Source: a virus
Taxonomy: Duplodnaviria > Caudoviricetes
Reading direction: 5' to 3' (one strand)
Length of the DNA: 52,508 nt
Virus record (IMG/VR): IMGVR_UViG_3300032342_000012
Location: 1-52,508 of that record
Part shown: piece by piece, positions 11,301 to 20,585 of the stretch
Position numbering within the stretch: the stretch's first letter is position 1
Layout of the letters: every line of letters begins with the position of its first letter
Made by a program: the position numbers and the translations under genes
The notes under the pieces: model-generated
Told to the model about the DNA's origin: nothing
The model's input: only the letters and a program-made list of their open reading frames with translations
Databases searched by the model: none

Positions 11301-14058
11301 TGTAGAATAGTTGATTTGGAACTTCCCAAGCACCCTTTCCTGCAGGAACTAATGCTGTTTGTGTTTGATTATTCCAGTCTGTAAACGTATCACCATCTTC
11401 TAGTCTGTATTGATTGATGTAACGAGGGACATATTGTTCATTATCTGTTCCCTTTCTCCAAATGGTTTGTAGTCCTTCAAGATTATCTACCTCAATCGAA
11501 TCACCATCCTTGAAACAGTACATACCTCCATCTTCTGTTAATAGAAGCTGTTCAAACAAATAGTCGCGACCACCATCAAATGTGACGATTCTCTTACCAA
11601 TTGTAGTGTTAATGCCAAGATTTTGGTCTTCGACGTATCTAAAGATTTCGTTTGCTAGGTACGCTGTTGTACCATCGATGTTGAACAAGTCAAACAGTGG
11701 GTATTGATTTGTATACTGCTTAATTTGTTCAACCTGTCTATATTTTGCAAGGTTTTTATATTCAGGTATAAATGGGACATCTGTTGTTGTTCTGACAGGA
11801 ATACCATTGTGATCAATCCCATCGTACCCAATATCAAGATCAGCAGCAACACCAAGTTCCACACGAACAACAGTTGATACAACCGATGAAGGGTCTAAGA
11901 ATGCAATTGCGTTTGCATACAACGTTGTTGATATTGCTGGTGTGAATATAAATCCATCCCAGTTTCCTTCAACGTAGTTACCATACTGACGAATATCATC
12001 AACATACACTCTGATTGCATTCGTGTTTGCAAGGTAATGTGTTACTCCAAAGTCAAACACTGGTGTTAGTATTGATACAATAAACTCATGTGTATCTGTT
12101 GTTGTAGCTGGGACCTGATGATTTACAGGAACAGGATCTTCAATCTCTTGTAGTACCCATTGGTTTACGAATCCAAAATATGAGTCACCTTTACTCGATG
12201 TTACAAATGGCGCAACATAATCTGTGTGAATAAATGTACCATCAACAGGTAGGAAAGGTAGTGTCTCGATCGTTTGAATTTCAGTACGGTTGAATATAAT
12301 ATTGTAAAGGAATCCATTAACTGTATAAAGACCATCATTGCCTGATGATCCTTCAATTGTGATTTTGTCGCCGATTGTAAGATCAAGTGTTCTGTCGTCT
12401 GTAATATAGATTTCTGTTATTGTTCCACCAATAATTGGAGCGACAATGCCACTAATCGTTAGTGGTGGATTTGTTGTTTGTACAACAGTATTAATCCCAT
12501 TGAAGAAAGAACCAACAGTGTTCCAGTGAGTGACGTTGAAGAACTCATTTTCAATTGAGAACTCAAATCCTGGAACAAATAGTGCAGTCTTATTACCAGG
12601 AACGATAATCGTTCCAGCACCGATATCAACGAAGAGGATTTGGTATCTTTCTGTCATTTCTGACAGGGTAGGTTGTGTATCTGATTGTTCCCAATCTGAT
12701 ATAACATTGGCTCTATATAGCCAAATTTGATTTAGGTATACCCACTCATTTAATTGAAGTCTTGGGTGGTACTCAATTATTGGTGCTGCAGCTGGCGTTG
12801 CGTGGTTAATATCTGGAACGTCCTTACGATGATACCATTTGTTTGCTGCCGACCACGGATCGGTTTGTGCTTGACAACCAGTTATAAAGTCCCAGGGGTA
12901 TAATCCAGTTGCAGGAGGAGTGATGTAGTCAATCCAGTCGGTTAGAGCAGTTGACCAGATTTTCATTTCAAGAGTTTCGAGATTGAACCAGAAGAATGTA
13001 TCTTGTGGGAAACTTGCGCCGCGTGGTCCTGGTGGAGGGGTTGCTGTTGTCCAGCCACCACCTGGTATTGCCGCTCCATTGACGTTTAGTGTTCCATCAA
13101 CAATTAACGATCCATCACCAGTAGCAAGTGCAGGAATTGTCTCATTGACAACAACATCTGTATTGGGACCATTGTTGGTTGCAGAAACAATTGTATACGT
13201 TCCGTCTCCACTACCGCTATTTCCTTGAACAACAAACGCCTCTCCGATGACAAATTCGCTTGCATGATTTCCTGAAACAGTCCATGTACCTCCGACACCA
13301 ACTATTACGCCATTAATTGTGTATGTGTTAGAAATTGGAGGACCAACATTTCCAACATCGAACCACCAATTTTCAGGATTGTCATCCCACTGTCCAATAT
13401 CCCACCCAAGTGAACCTCCGTTACATGTACAATCTCTTTGTGCTTCAATCGATGACAGTGTGGCAAGAATTTGGGCTTCTTCAATTGGTGTTATTAGTGG
13501 ATCTGCTAGACGTTCAGTTGCGTAAGCATAGTATTCATTGTACTGTGCTTCGTAGACACGACATAAGTTCTTGATTGTGATATAATCTGGTGGTATACTT
13601 CCAGTTGGATCATACCAATAGTAGTTGCGGAAGTTGACAAGTTTGTCGGCATCAATAGGTGGAACCCAGTTAAACTGTAGTGCATTGCCCCACTTTGGTG
13701 AACGATCAATGTCTACACCAGTATTTTCTAGCTCGTTCTCAACGTCTTCCCACGACATTGCATGGTCAATAGTTGCAACTTTTGAATATAAAATAGGTTG
13801 AAGCTGCCACGCCTGACGAATTACAGTAGGCTCTTCAATTCGTGTGTCATGATAGATGTAGTCACCATTAGTGTCTACCTCGAGAAAACTTGTGTTTCTC
13901 TTACCAACGGAGCCATATGCAAATTCCATCTCATTTTTTGTGAGATACCTATTGAACGTGTTATGGGAAAGATGCTTATTGATTAGCGTCTTGAACACAT
14001 CCGGAAGGAGTTTGAATATGTTCGTATGTGGTTTTGTGTAGTCTGAATTATCTGCCAT
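5356..14058 (-). CDS. Giant virion structural protein (2900 aa), baseplate wedge/tail-associated
   Basis: Uninterrupted ORF between baseplate genes, with a late promoter upstream; shares beta modules with its neighbours. Confidence 0.7.
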   Translation of the reverse strand: MADNSDYTKPHTNIFKLLPDVFKTLINKHLSHNTFNRYLTKNEMEFAYGSVGKRNTSFLEVDTNGDYIYHDTRIEEPTVIRQAWQLQPILYSKVATIDHAMSWEDVENELENTGVDIDRSPKWGNALQFNWVPPIDADKLVNFRNYYWYDPTGSIPPDYITIKNLCRVYEAQYNEYYAYATERLADPLITPIEEAQILATLSSIEAQRDCTCNGGSLGWDIGQWDDNPENWWFDVGNVGPPISNTYTINGVIVGVGGTWTVSGNHASEFVIGEAFVVQGNSGSGDGTYTIVSATNNGPNTDVVVNETIPALATGDGSLIVDGTLNVNGAAIPGGGWTTATPPPGPRGASFPQDTFFWFNLETLEMKIWSTALTDWIDYITPPATGLYPWDFITGCQAQTDPWSAANKWYHRKDVPDINHATPAAAPIIEYHPRLQLNEWVYLNQIWLYRANVISDWEQSDTQPTLSEMTERYQILFVDIGAGTIIVPGNKTALFVPGFEFSIENEFFNVTHWNTVGSFFNGINTVVQTTNPPLTISGIVAPIIGGTITEIYITDDRTLDLTIGDKITIEGSSGNDGLYTVNGFLYNIIFNRTEIQTIETLPFLPVDGTFIHTDYVAPFVTSSKGDSYFGFVNQWVLQEIEDPVPVNHQVPATTTDTHEFIVSILTPVFDFGVTHYLANTNAIRVYVDDIRQYGNYVEGNWDGFIFTPAISTTLYANAIAFLDPSSVVSTVVRVELGVAADLDIGYDGIDHNGIPVRTTTDVPFIPEYKNLAKYRQVEQIKQYTNQYPLFDLFNIDGTTAYLANEIFRYVEDQNLGINTTIGKRIVTFDGGRDYLFEQLLLTEDGGMYCFKDGDSIEVDNLEGLQTIWRKGTDNEQYVPRYINQYRLEDGDTFTDWNNQTQTALVPAGKGAWEVPNQLFYNADHENRQQIRFTQLFTHFKSIMDLQVAPDPFNFPVEAPQRLLSTYNYGVGGTIREYNDSYDTFLSSAYSTTTTPQGIFTFAATQYDNNLTTLSEIYLQNLTSYLTTTQDEFLIDLETQVSNATIDTFEQNKQNDIVFGDTTAYNATTNEGIKGWIATSPILNLTFKTEPAWLVDPEIGLNKILHHDGHYDTYTIDDFVERQLIVNILNITGGTSTPTIPPYTAVSPGLYWQNSVTKVLYRFIAVSVGIGVPALSYPEGTYWFNTATNLLMFRDPLNIILGWSPVTGTVGDVDAAWRVINLEDILNNIILEAERRLYQIAPDTTTLKFDFQTQMFTDLADQTTFQQYMKEAYYVYVRLNALDPFATDFNNSDAFTWNYRAANTLFVVYPTAQTNLDKPWGARWEQINLTLFGTPYPHLEPWKIQRYTGKPTWWDLLYKDITNTRRWNPLMWSNLNLGIIPVGELLPDGVTVSTGGIGEVEMYTHFSVNIYATTIDGYAPDDLIPPFYSNDPTLTQQALVRSITYLNINEIDDIYEFGDVGPTEQQWQDSTQFYADLLGTAYRMQPVRFLHYTWGTDFTIVAGLQIDMRTSKVFSHLDTIFHGDLLPDNTTYFSDGINQWYINFIRYGNYDVNTSDFKPLWTQWHPQLTYLTDAMVDVKSLDITNKFFDITKNDYQIILKKSPGVENFNVESFQVTTDSFTTYNIRHNSRIPRLDGTDWTFRVTTPSPLNRSIDYYGVKKYSVSVDQTTDTFTHVGILPWSDIDLTDKNLTWFTGKAIFIESTESFPAPILSTTPYYLIKVTDSSFKLATSQVNANLGIYIDITTVGSGTIFVSDIKKSFVAVGGFTTQVWKEYHVDTRTIIHVIPPFLVTGIQTLLDIIYGYIAFEQDLGFVFSDSSITEVDISSNRPQSWQVQIEGLLNAIYTGLGEATVAILDQAFGAPTTPSYDVNPFKNNLWFRPPYGIVSNIISGPFSDIRTTPSVYTQISNPIAPTSIFALREDKLTHIYSPQPVGSNYEGRDGEDAVLTRDERVGVAVGSADYMGGARLFIDTYEHIILFNDYTTEENLIYDPFLGLNTAKFTLTFYRSPGDTRRPNIGGYFLLDNQFIENIEVGVDNMQKYYDTYVVNETANFVGFARDTVGYEDPDYLDELSSVTEKSKFLFWKGLIQNKGTVTAVKAFVNSRLFVDAFVDEFWAYKIAEYGDSREKIYPELKVFTGDVRKNEMRLHFTSTADPVEASFIDVKLTDKDRWYKQPEQRKAILETSVNGNLYFDAKVTERIVRPLPIMANSFRYIQLDNPADGIRFTFTNGTDYYEETAPSAIWTIPFTYIPGANNIEVRNDNTLLKTGIDYLELSPNTIQLLVPLVGVFSVQKRTGILVEDIHYEMRNSKLIKVLLTNLQWNGLTNYTIYLINVYKNAINPIKLIDYKSQTTLAKISVWDPGRGYHYANAYVNVDLSSDTNPALYTNNLDQQHPTYNPPYLWNSLQVGTTWWDTSNLDYVPYWDHNIFTLNERSFHWGRLADWSTIDLYEWTQSNVPPTQWASAVSGDENDTTLLSEEKRTGEAFSRLYVRYLNQETNVWGPWVQLDSAPYQEYVMELYGVTQTLTITDLDVVDGNVVDVYVNGFFVEQATVEAVINLTPLPDDITKVVNITTPLDGNDIVRIINPLPEFTDAQLGEQELNTSTSVQYTKDYPYSTVTTVDNQGNTTSVTYFFWVRNKTTLPEGNTIPINQVAIQLKTPPQPYMFQQNFIYNTGVPPFSNTLNYTDSYLDTLPGYYSQVIINGVAGMINEDDRYKIQFTKDLSLRQTLENSISKKNKHEEWQMIRAKQPFLIGRDLWDKITESLIGYKLNDPLVPVPSIERQLYDETYNTRTRWGLGDEQAFVDPNLAVNTVIKEIEDEKYNVFPVDREVFFGTYSFDTPENIIEAMNAVYTTFPTDTTNRIFFSVLMDAMTLRTDYSGIFKTSYLSLYGIRLFETPQNALDD

Positions 14059-14086
14059 AGATTCTATGGACTCCTCTTGTTGAAGT

Positions 14087-14094
14087 TATTTATA
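14087..14094 (-). promoter_or_regulatory. T4-type late promoter TATAAATA
   Basis: Exact motif upstream of the GAGGAG RBS of the 2900-aa gene. Confidence 0.65.
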
Positions 14095-14146
14095 AACTGC
14101 ATGTTACCAAGAAAATTGGTTGATAACAAACGGTTAATCAAGAGGG

Positions 14147-17100
14147 TTACGCTTGTCTGATTGTTACACGATCTAGTGCTTGAACTATTTGAATAATACT
14201 CACAGGTATATGTGGTAGGAAAATTTCATTATCTTCAGCAGGTACCTGGAACAAATCTCCAAACGTGTTTGATGGATATGTTGGTACAAGAACAACAGAA
14301 TCAATCTCTGACGGCAGTGCTGTATGAATTGCCGCTGCAAGTTCTGTAAAGAAGAATGTTTCACCAAACTCCCACTGGCTTATATCAAAATAATTGTTTA
14401 CAGTTGTCTGTATCGTTGCTTTGATCTGATTGTCTGTCAATGATGAGAACTGTGAACGAATCACCTTAAATGTTGCTTGTAACTGTTGATCAGCATAAGG
14501 ACCAAACAAATATTTAAATTGTCCTGATTGAAGGACGACAGTGTCTGATAGCATCCTATTATCAAGTAGGTATGCATACGAACTTCTAAGATCATATGGT
14601 GTTGGAGCAGCTGGTTTAATAACGATTTCTCCTGCAAGCCAATCTTTGATATTGAGGTAGTAGTCTCTCTGAATGATGAACATATCGATAATGTTTGTTG
14701 CTGCAGGATCGATAAGGTTCTTCAATCTTGTGTGATGTCTCCACATAAAGTTTAGTCCACTACGACCAAGTTGTCTTGAGTAGTTCGATCCAGTGTTTGT
14801 GTTTGTGCTTGATGTGTCGTTAATGAATGCCTGGATGTTATCGTCTGTGGGCTCAATTGGTACGGGTTGTACATTTGGATCGTCTTGATAAAAATACACA
14901 TAGTCATTAACTATAATAGTCAACTCGTCACTGTCCTGTAGATCAGTTATTTCAACAGTATCGTACATTTGGTTGAGTACATGTGAAACGTTGAAATGAA
15001 TTCCACTAACGAATAGAAGTGTACCGTTACCTATAATTGTTACATCCCCTCTTCCTTCAATGTAAACTAATGGGATAGGAACTATTAGTGGTGTCGCTAG
15101 CGTTACTGATGAGCCGCTACCAATTTGTGTAACGTCATTTGCCAAAATATGACCGAGATAGTTAACATCCCAGTTTACTGGAGCACCGAACGTTACGGTA
15201 AGTGTTGATGTATCGGAAGCGAGTAGTGTCTCAAATTTTAGATTGCCACCAACGATTGTGATATTAACCTGTGGAAATACGGGAAGATCAGCAATAACTG
15301 TATTAATAAATTGTGTCCACGTTAACCCTTGACTCATACGGAACACACTTGGTAATGATGCTGACCTTTCAATAATACCATCCACGATAGCACTAACAAC
15401 GGTACCCGTTATGGTGATTGTTGTGTTACCAAGTCCAAACACAGATGATGCAACAGTGTACGTACCATCATTTCCTGTCGATCCTGTAACATCAAACGTT
15501 GAACCGGGTGTAAATGCTGACGTGCGATCGTTGGGGACAACGAACGTTCCCCCTAAACCAGTCGTGACGGCAGTTATCACGTAAGTATCTTCTATAACAA
15601 CGGACATATTAACTTCAAAATCATCACCTTCGATGTCGCCACTATAGATAACATTTGGTACTGTTAAAAGAGCGGCCGCGATTGCTGTGATGATACTATC
15701 AATTGTGTCTATGTTGATAACATTAACCTTTGATCGATCGCCAGTTGTTAAACTCTTTAGCTGAATGTTTCCACCAACAAGTTCTGCTTTTGCTATATCA
15801 CCAAATCCTTGGTTGATTACATCAACCAAGGATCCATATGTTTGAATCTGGTCACCAGTGAACGTAATCTGTCTCGTTATAGCTGCACGACGGTAGTTAA
15901 TTTGTCCATCTGCTACTGCGCTAGGAATTAGTTCAAATGTAATGATTTCTGTACCAATTGCGTTTGTTCCTACTACTGGTGTACCAAAACTATTAAAAGT
16001 AGCAAGTAAACTGAACAACGAGTTTAGTCCGGGAACAGCAGTCAGAATTGCATCAAAATCTGTTAAGTCTGGATCGGCAAATAATGTACCTGGTGTTATA
16101 AGAACTGTTGATGATTGTCCTATCGACGCTGATGTTACTCTTATATTACCTGCTATAAGCAAAGCTGTAGCAGCACCAGCTAAGTCAGTATTAAGTTCTG
16201 CTAATAGTTGTGTATATGTTTGAGCATTTGTTGCATCAACAGAAATTGGATAGTTTGTACCGTCAATATTGATTGTAGCCGTATATGTTGTATCTGTACC
16301 TGGAACGGCAGCATTGAATGTATTAGCACCACCTGCTGCAACTGCAATAGCAGCAAAAATGTCACCACCAGTTGAACCAAACGTGCCTGCAGCTACAAGA
16401 ATTGACGACGTTGTACCCAGTGTAGTACTGGTAAAAACAAACTCGCCACCAACAAATGTTACAGTTGCAGCTGGTGTTACTTCTGCATCCATAAGAGCAG
16501 CGATTGTATTGTAATCTTCTACGCCTGTAAGTACAATTGATTCTTGTTGAAGTGGTCCACCATCGATTGTAATATCAAAGTCGTATGTGTCTGCAGGAAT
16601 TGCAGGAACAACCGTACCTAGTGGTAAACCAAAAACAGATACTTCTTGATACCCTGCTGTTGCAATAAGTCCTGTAGAATCTAAAAGAGTTTTGGCAACC
16701 GTAAAGTCGACTTCCTGATATCCAGATGTTCCTGCATCAACGATAGATACTGTTGATGAAGTCCCAACGCTGTTGCTTGATATTTGAATGTTTCCATTAA
16801 CAATTGAAGCGGTTCCAAATGCTCCAATCTGTGAGTTAAGACTGTCAAGTAGTCCACCATATATCTGAGCAATTCCACCAGCAACGGAGACAGGAATTAT
16901 ATTAACTGTATCAATCGTTATTGTTGCATAATATGGTGTTGTTATCGTATCAGTACCAGGTATTGTAATCCAAGATCCAGGTGCATTAACACTTGCAAGT
17001 GGAGCAACGAATAACGTACCAGCACTAACAGCAACATTTGATGTCGCACCAAATGTATCACTGGTTATTACAATATTGCCATTCAGTTGTTGTACTGTAG

Positions 17101-20100
17101 CAAAACCACCAAGTTGACTACTCAACTGCGACAATAGTGTTGAAAATGTTGTAGCTGTTGAACCAATGATCGATATTGGAATTATAACTGCACCATCTAC
17201 AGTTACTGTAGCAACGTACGTTGTAGTTGGTACAAGAGCGGTTGGATCGCTGCCTGTCTTAGCAACAGAGAATGTTATTGTTTGTGATCCTTGCGTTGCA
17301 CCAACGTCATTCGTAAGTCCTGTAATATCAGAAGATACACGACTTCCGCCAACGTTAACAATTTGTGTTCCAGATGTTCCTTGAACAAATCTGAACGAAT
17401 CAATTGTATACACTCCATTATTATCTACGACAAGGGAGCCATCAGCAGTTGCACCAATAGGGATAGTTTCGTTGACAACGATATTTGTGTTTGGTCCCAC
17501 ATCTGTTGCTGATGCAATTGTGTAGGTACCATTGCCTGTGCCAGTATTACCTGTTACAGTAAACGGATGACCTATAAAATTCGACAGCAGGAGTGCGGAA
17601 TTTCCAGAAATTGTCCACGTACCACCAGCACCAGTAATAACAGCAACGATTGTATATATTGTTCCCGTTGATCCTGTAACACTAAACAATCGATACTTTG
17701 ATATGTAAGGCGTAATGTCATTATCAACGTAGAACCGCTGTAGTGGTTGGTTTAAGCTATTAATTGGTGAGTTATCTTCGGTTGAACTTAGATCAACCTC
17801 AAGTAGTAGTCTGTATGCTACTTGATTATTAGCAACATCTGTTGGAGTATCTGGTAGTTTATTACTACCGACATTCCACAAACTAGTTCCGTTAGTTGGA
17901 GCTAATAGACCTGTTGTCCCATCATAAGATGCTGTATTGCCAAAATTGACAACATAGAATGCTGACAGAGAAGTACTGTCTGTGATGTCAATTGATGGAT
18001 TGAGAAGTTCTGACAGTCTAATGTTATCTGGTAAACCGTCACGGTTACTATCTGTTGGAACAACATCGAGTCTGTGAATATCTGGTAGTCCGCTATTTAG
18101 ATACTCATCATGACCAAGAACAACAAGATCAATATTGTCAACAAGTGTTCTTGCACGATCGTTGTCTGAATTTGCGTTAAGAACGGTTACAACATCATTA
18201 GATGGCGTTTGCGAATCAAAGTCTACAACGTCTCCATCTTGTGCAAACCAGAATCTCGTTGTCTGACTATCAGCAGTTAGAGTAGATGTGCTATATGAAA
18301 TGCTCCATGGTGTTACAGTTGGATTAGCATTGACGATCTTGATAAAGTATGGTTGGTCTGGATGAAGGACAAGCCATACATTAGTATAGTCATCCTGATT
18401 GTAAGCAATCCACGTATCAGTAGCCGTATCGTGCACCAAGTAGACAGGAAATCCAACACTTGGTAGAGGAATTGGATGTGTCGGTGTAACGTCACCAAGG
18501 GCATATGGGATCTCGTTTCGTTCTGCTGTTGTGAATAATCGACGACCAGGATTTGTATCACCCCTTAAAACCCTTGCCATATAGAAATTAGGATTAGAAA
18601 GAATTGGTTCAAGATAATTGTCTAGAATTGCCGTTCCAAGAACTTCAGCTCCAACATCAGGAAGAACAAATTCATTTGTTCCATAATATAATGCAAGGTC
18701 GTTTCCAAACAATTTAACATTGTCGTATGCTTCACTTGGATCGGTGAAATTCATCCATTTAGATTCACCAGCAAATGTTCTGTTGATTGCCTGGAGTTTG
18801 AGAATCGTTGGATCTTGAAGCATGAACGTATTATAGTCACGTCCATTAACCATACGATCTTGTGTATAGTATACAGCGCGAGCTGTTCTACGAATGTGTT
18901 CAATATCTTCTGATGGCGATGCGTTCTGAATGGTAGAAATTAGTGAGAACTTGAACGATAGTGTTTGATTGTTCCCTGCAACGTCTTGATATGTTAACGA
19001 ACCATTTGTTCCTTGAATTGAACTTTGTGGAACAATAACGTCATTGTTTGCTGAGATGCGGAACCAAATATCAAACGTTCCCGATGGGACATTTGCGAAT
19101 TCGCCATCACCAAAGATCAATCGAACGTCATCATTCTCAAGGGTTTCAACTTCATACTTGTTTCTTGCTGTATTTGTGTTAAAGATAATGTTTTGTGAAT
19201 TTGCCGTATCAACTTGAACCCAAGCACCAGAACGACCTGTGGAAGAAGAACCATCATCTACAATGCTTCCTGTTATTGTATTAATATTGTTCAGCCAAAT
19301 ATCTGTTTCGTTAATGTTCTGAGAATTGATTTGGAATGTTTGGTTTGGTGTTACACCATCAAACGTTTCTGTCAGTTTTTGCAAAGATCCTTGTTTTGTA
19401 ACAAACATGAAACCAGTACTATTGGAACCATCACCGAGACCATCAGATGCATACAGTAGTGTCATTGCTGAACTATTCTCTGGACGTCTTTCATATGGTC
19501 CATCACTATTAAGTGCTGCAGGAACAAGTTCGAATGTATATGTCTGATCTGACACACTAACACTATAACGAATTATACCATTTGGAAGCGATTGGTTGTC
19601 AAATGTATACAGCTCGAATAGAATATCTTGTACCTGAACACGCTCGCTTGGTGTTACAGTACCGAAATCATTCTGTAGTGCACGATTGAGAACAAGAATG
19701 AATTGTTCTTTCCAGTCTGGATTTGTTGGATCGTTCCAAACAATGTTTTTATTAGTTAGGTTAACACCTTTCGAGTCCGTAAGTCTTTCAGATGTTCTAA
19801 TAGACGTAATCTTTACGAGACCACGAGCGGGAATGTTTCTTGCTGCTGTGTACGAAATGAACTTTGCAAGTCGTAGGACACTTTGCTTTCTTTGTGCTAC
19901 TGGAAGAAAGTTTTCACGAGCGTTAAGATCCTGTCTATATGCAACAAGTTCACCAACATATGCAAATGTTTCAACGATTGCAATCAGCTCACTTGACTCA
20001 ATGAAATCATTGAACGATTCAGGGAAATATGTTCTAATGTAGTCAATCAAACTTTGTTTGATTGTGTTGTAGTCGTATGATGTGAAATTAATGTTCTGAA

Positions 20101-20164
20101 ATGCATCATATACCTGACGCCACGTTTCAGCACTAGACACTGTTGGAATTAATCTTCCGGCCAT
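14147..20164 (-). CDS. Baseplate wedge protein, T4 gp6-like N-terminus, with a large nested modular insert (2005 aa)
   Basis: FTSYDYNTIKQSLIDY..FNDFIESSE..NARENFL..A, LIFGDG, QDRMVNGRDY; directly downstream of gp25. Confidence 0.85.
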   Translation of the reverse strand: MAGRLIPTVSSAETWRQVYDAFQNINFTSYDYNTIKQSLIDYIRTYFPESFNDFIESSELIAIVETFAYVGELVAYRQDLNARENFLPVAQRKQSVLRLAKFISYTAARNIPARGLVKITSIRTSERLTDSKGVNLTNKNIVWNDPTNPDWKEQFILVLNRALQNDFGTVTPSERVQVQDILFELYTFDNQSLPNGIIRYSVSVSDQTYTFELVPAALNSDGPYERRPENSSAMTLLYASDGLGDGSNSTGFMFVTKQGSLQKLTETFDGVTPNQTFQINSQNINETDIWLNNINTITGSIVDDGSSSTGRSGAWVQVDTANSQNIIFNTNTARNKYEVETLENDDVRLIFGDGEFANVPSGTFDIWFRISANNDVIVPQSSIQGTNGSLTYQDVAGNNQTLSFKFSLISTIQNASPSEDIEHIRRTARAVYYTQDRMVNGRDYNTFMLQDPTILKLQAINRTFAGESKWMNFTDPSEAYDNVKLFGNDLALYYGTNEFVLPDVGAEVLGTAILDNYLEPILSNPNFYMARVLRGDTNPGRRLFTTAERNEIPYALGDVTPTHPIPLPSVGFPVYLVHDTATDTWIAYNQDDYTNVWLVLHPDQPYFIKIVNANPTVTPWSISYSTSTLTADSQTTRFWFAQDGDVVDFDSQTPSNDVVTVLNANSDNDRARTLVDNIDLVVLGHDEYLNSGLPDIHRLDVVPTDSNRDGLPDNIRLSELLNPSIDITDSTSLSAFYVVNFGNTASYDGTTGLLAPTNGTSLWNVGSNKLPDTPTDVANNQVAYRLLLEVDLSSTEDNSPINSLNQPLQRFYVDNDITPYISKYRLFSVTGSTGTIYTIVAVITGAGGTWTISGNSALLLSNFIGHPFTVTGNTGTGNGTYTIASATDVGPNTNIVVNETIPIGATADGSLVVDNNGVYTIDSFRFVQGTSGTQIVNVGGSRVSSDITGLTNDVGATQGSQTITFSVAKTGSDPTALVPTTTYVATVTVDGAVIIPISIIGSTATTFSTLLSQLSSQLGGFATVQQLNGNIVITSDTFGATSNVAVSAGTLFVAPLASVNAPGSWITIPGTDTITTPYYATITIDTVNIIPVSVAGGIAQIYGGLLDSLNSQIGAFGTASIVNGNIQISSNSVGTSSTVSIVDAGTSGYQEVDFTVAKTLLDSTGLIATAGYQEVSVFGLPLGTVVPAIPADTYDFDITIDGGPLQQESIVLTGVEDYNTIAALMDAEVTPAATVTFVGGEFVFTSTTLGTTSSILVAAGTFGSTGGDIFAAIAVAAGGANTFNAAVPGTDTTYTATINIDGTNYPISVDATNAQTYTQLLAELNTDLAGAATALLIAGNIRVTSASIGQSSTVLITPGTLFADPDLTDFDAILTAVPGLNSLFSLLATFNSFGTPVVGTNAIGTEIITFELIPSAVADGQINYRRAAITRQITFTGDQIQTYGSLVDVINQGFGDIAKAELVGGNIQLKSLTTGDRSKVNVINIDTIDSIITAIAAALLTVPNVIYSGDIEGDDFEVNMSVVIEDTYVITAVTTGLGGTFVVPNDRTSAFTPGSTFDVTGSTGNDGTYTVASSVFGLGNTTITITGTVVSAIVDGIIERSASLPSVFRMSQGLTWTQFINTVIADLPVFPQVNITIVGGNLKFETLLASDTSTLTVTFGAPVNWDVNYLGHILANDVTQIGSGSSVTLATPLIVPIPLVYIEGRGDVTIIGNGTLLFVSGIHFNVSHVLNQMYDTVEITDLQDSDELTIIVNDYVYFYQDDPNVQPVPIEPTDDNIQAFINDTSSTNTNTGSNYSRQLGRSGLNFMWRHHTRLKNLIDPAATNIIDMFIIQRDYYLNIKDWLAGEIVIKPAAPTPYDLRSSYAYLLDNRMLSDTVVLQSGQFKYLFGPYADQQLQATFKVIRSQFSSLTDNQIKATIQTTVNNYFDISQWEFGETFFFTELAAAIHTALPSEIDSVVLVPTYPSNTFGDLFQVPAEDNEIFLPHIPVSIIQIVQALDRVTIRQA

Positions 20165-20166
20165 GT

Positions 20167-20556
20167 TTATCCTTGTTCAAACACGATGTTAAGAGAGAAG
20201 TCATCTATGATATTTAGTTCAATGTAACGTAAACGAGCATCCGTTGTTATCGCGTAATTGTCATAGTCTGGTGTGACACTAAATTCAATCACTTCAACCC
20301 TCGGATCGAATTCAAGCACAGATAACACCTCATCGTGAACGAGTTGTATTGTTTCATCATCGAGAGGATCAAATATAAGATCAGGAATGATTGTACCAAA
20401 AGATGGCATCATTACCCTTTCTCCTTTCCTTGTAAAAATATGGTTTACTAGGTCTCGTTTGACGATTTCTACGTTTGTAACAACAAATTTCCTTGTCGAC
20501 AAGAAGTCCTTTGTCGAAAATCCAACATAGATTGGCTTAATTAGTTCTAGTGCCAT
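20167..20556 (-). CDS. Baseplate wedge subunit, gp25/GPW family
   Basis: DLVNHIFTRKGERVMMPSFGTII, DPRV motifs; TAAATA at 20583-20588. Confidence 0.9.
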   Translation of the reverse strand: MALELIKPIYVGFSTKDFLSTRKFVVTNVEIVKRDLVNHIFTRKGERVMMPSFGTIIPDLIFDPLDDETIQLVHDEVLSVLEFDPRVEVIEFSVTPDYDNYAITTDARLRYIELNIIDDFSLNIVFEQG

Positions 20557-20585
20557 AATAGTACTCTTAGTAGCATGATAACTAT

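Noticed and set aside
5356-20164. Many short antisense and alternate-frame ORFs inside the giant structural genes
   Set aside because: Expected shadows of biased codon usage; no RBS or motifs.
14147-20164. Diversity-generating retroelement acting on the repeated modules
   Set aside because: No reverse transcriptase in the window, and no near-identical TR/VR pair differing only at adenines was seen; the module copies differ broadly.
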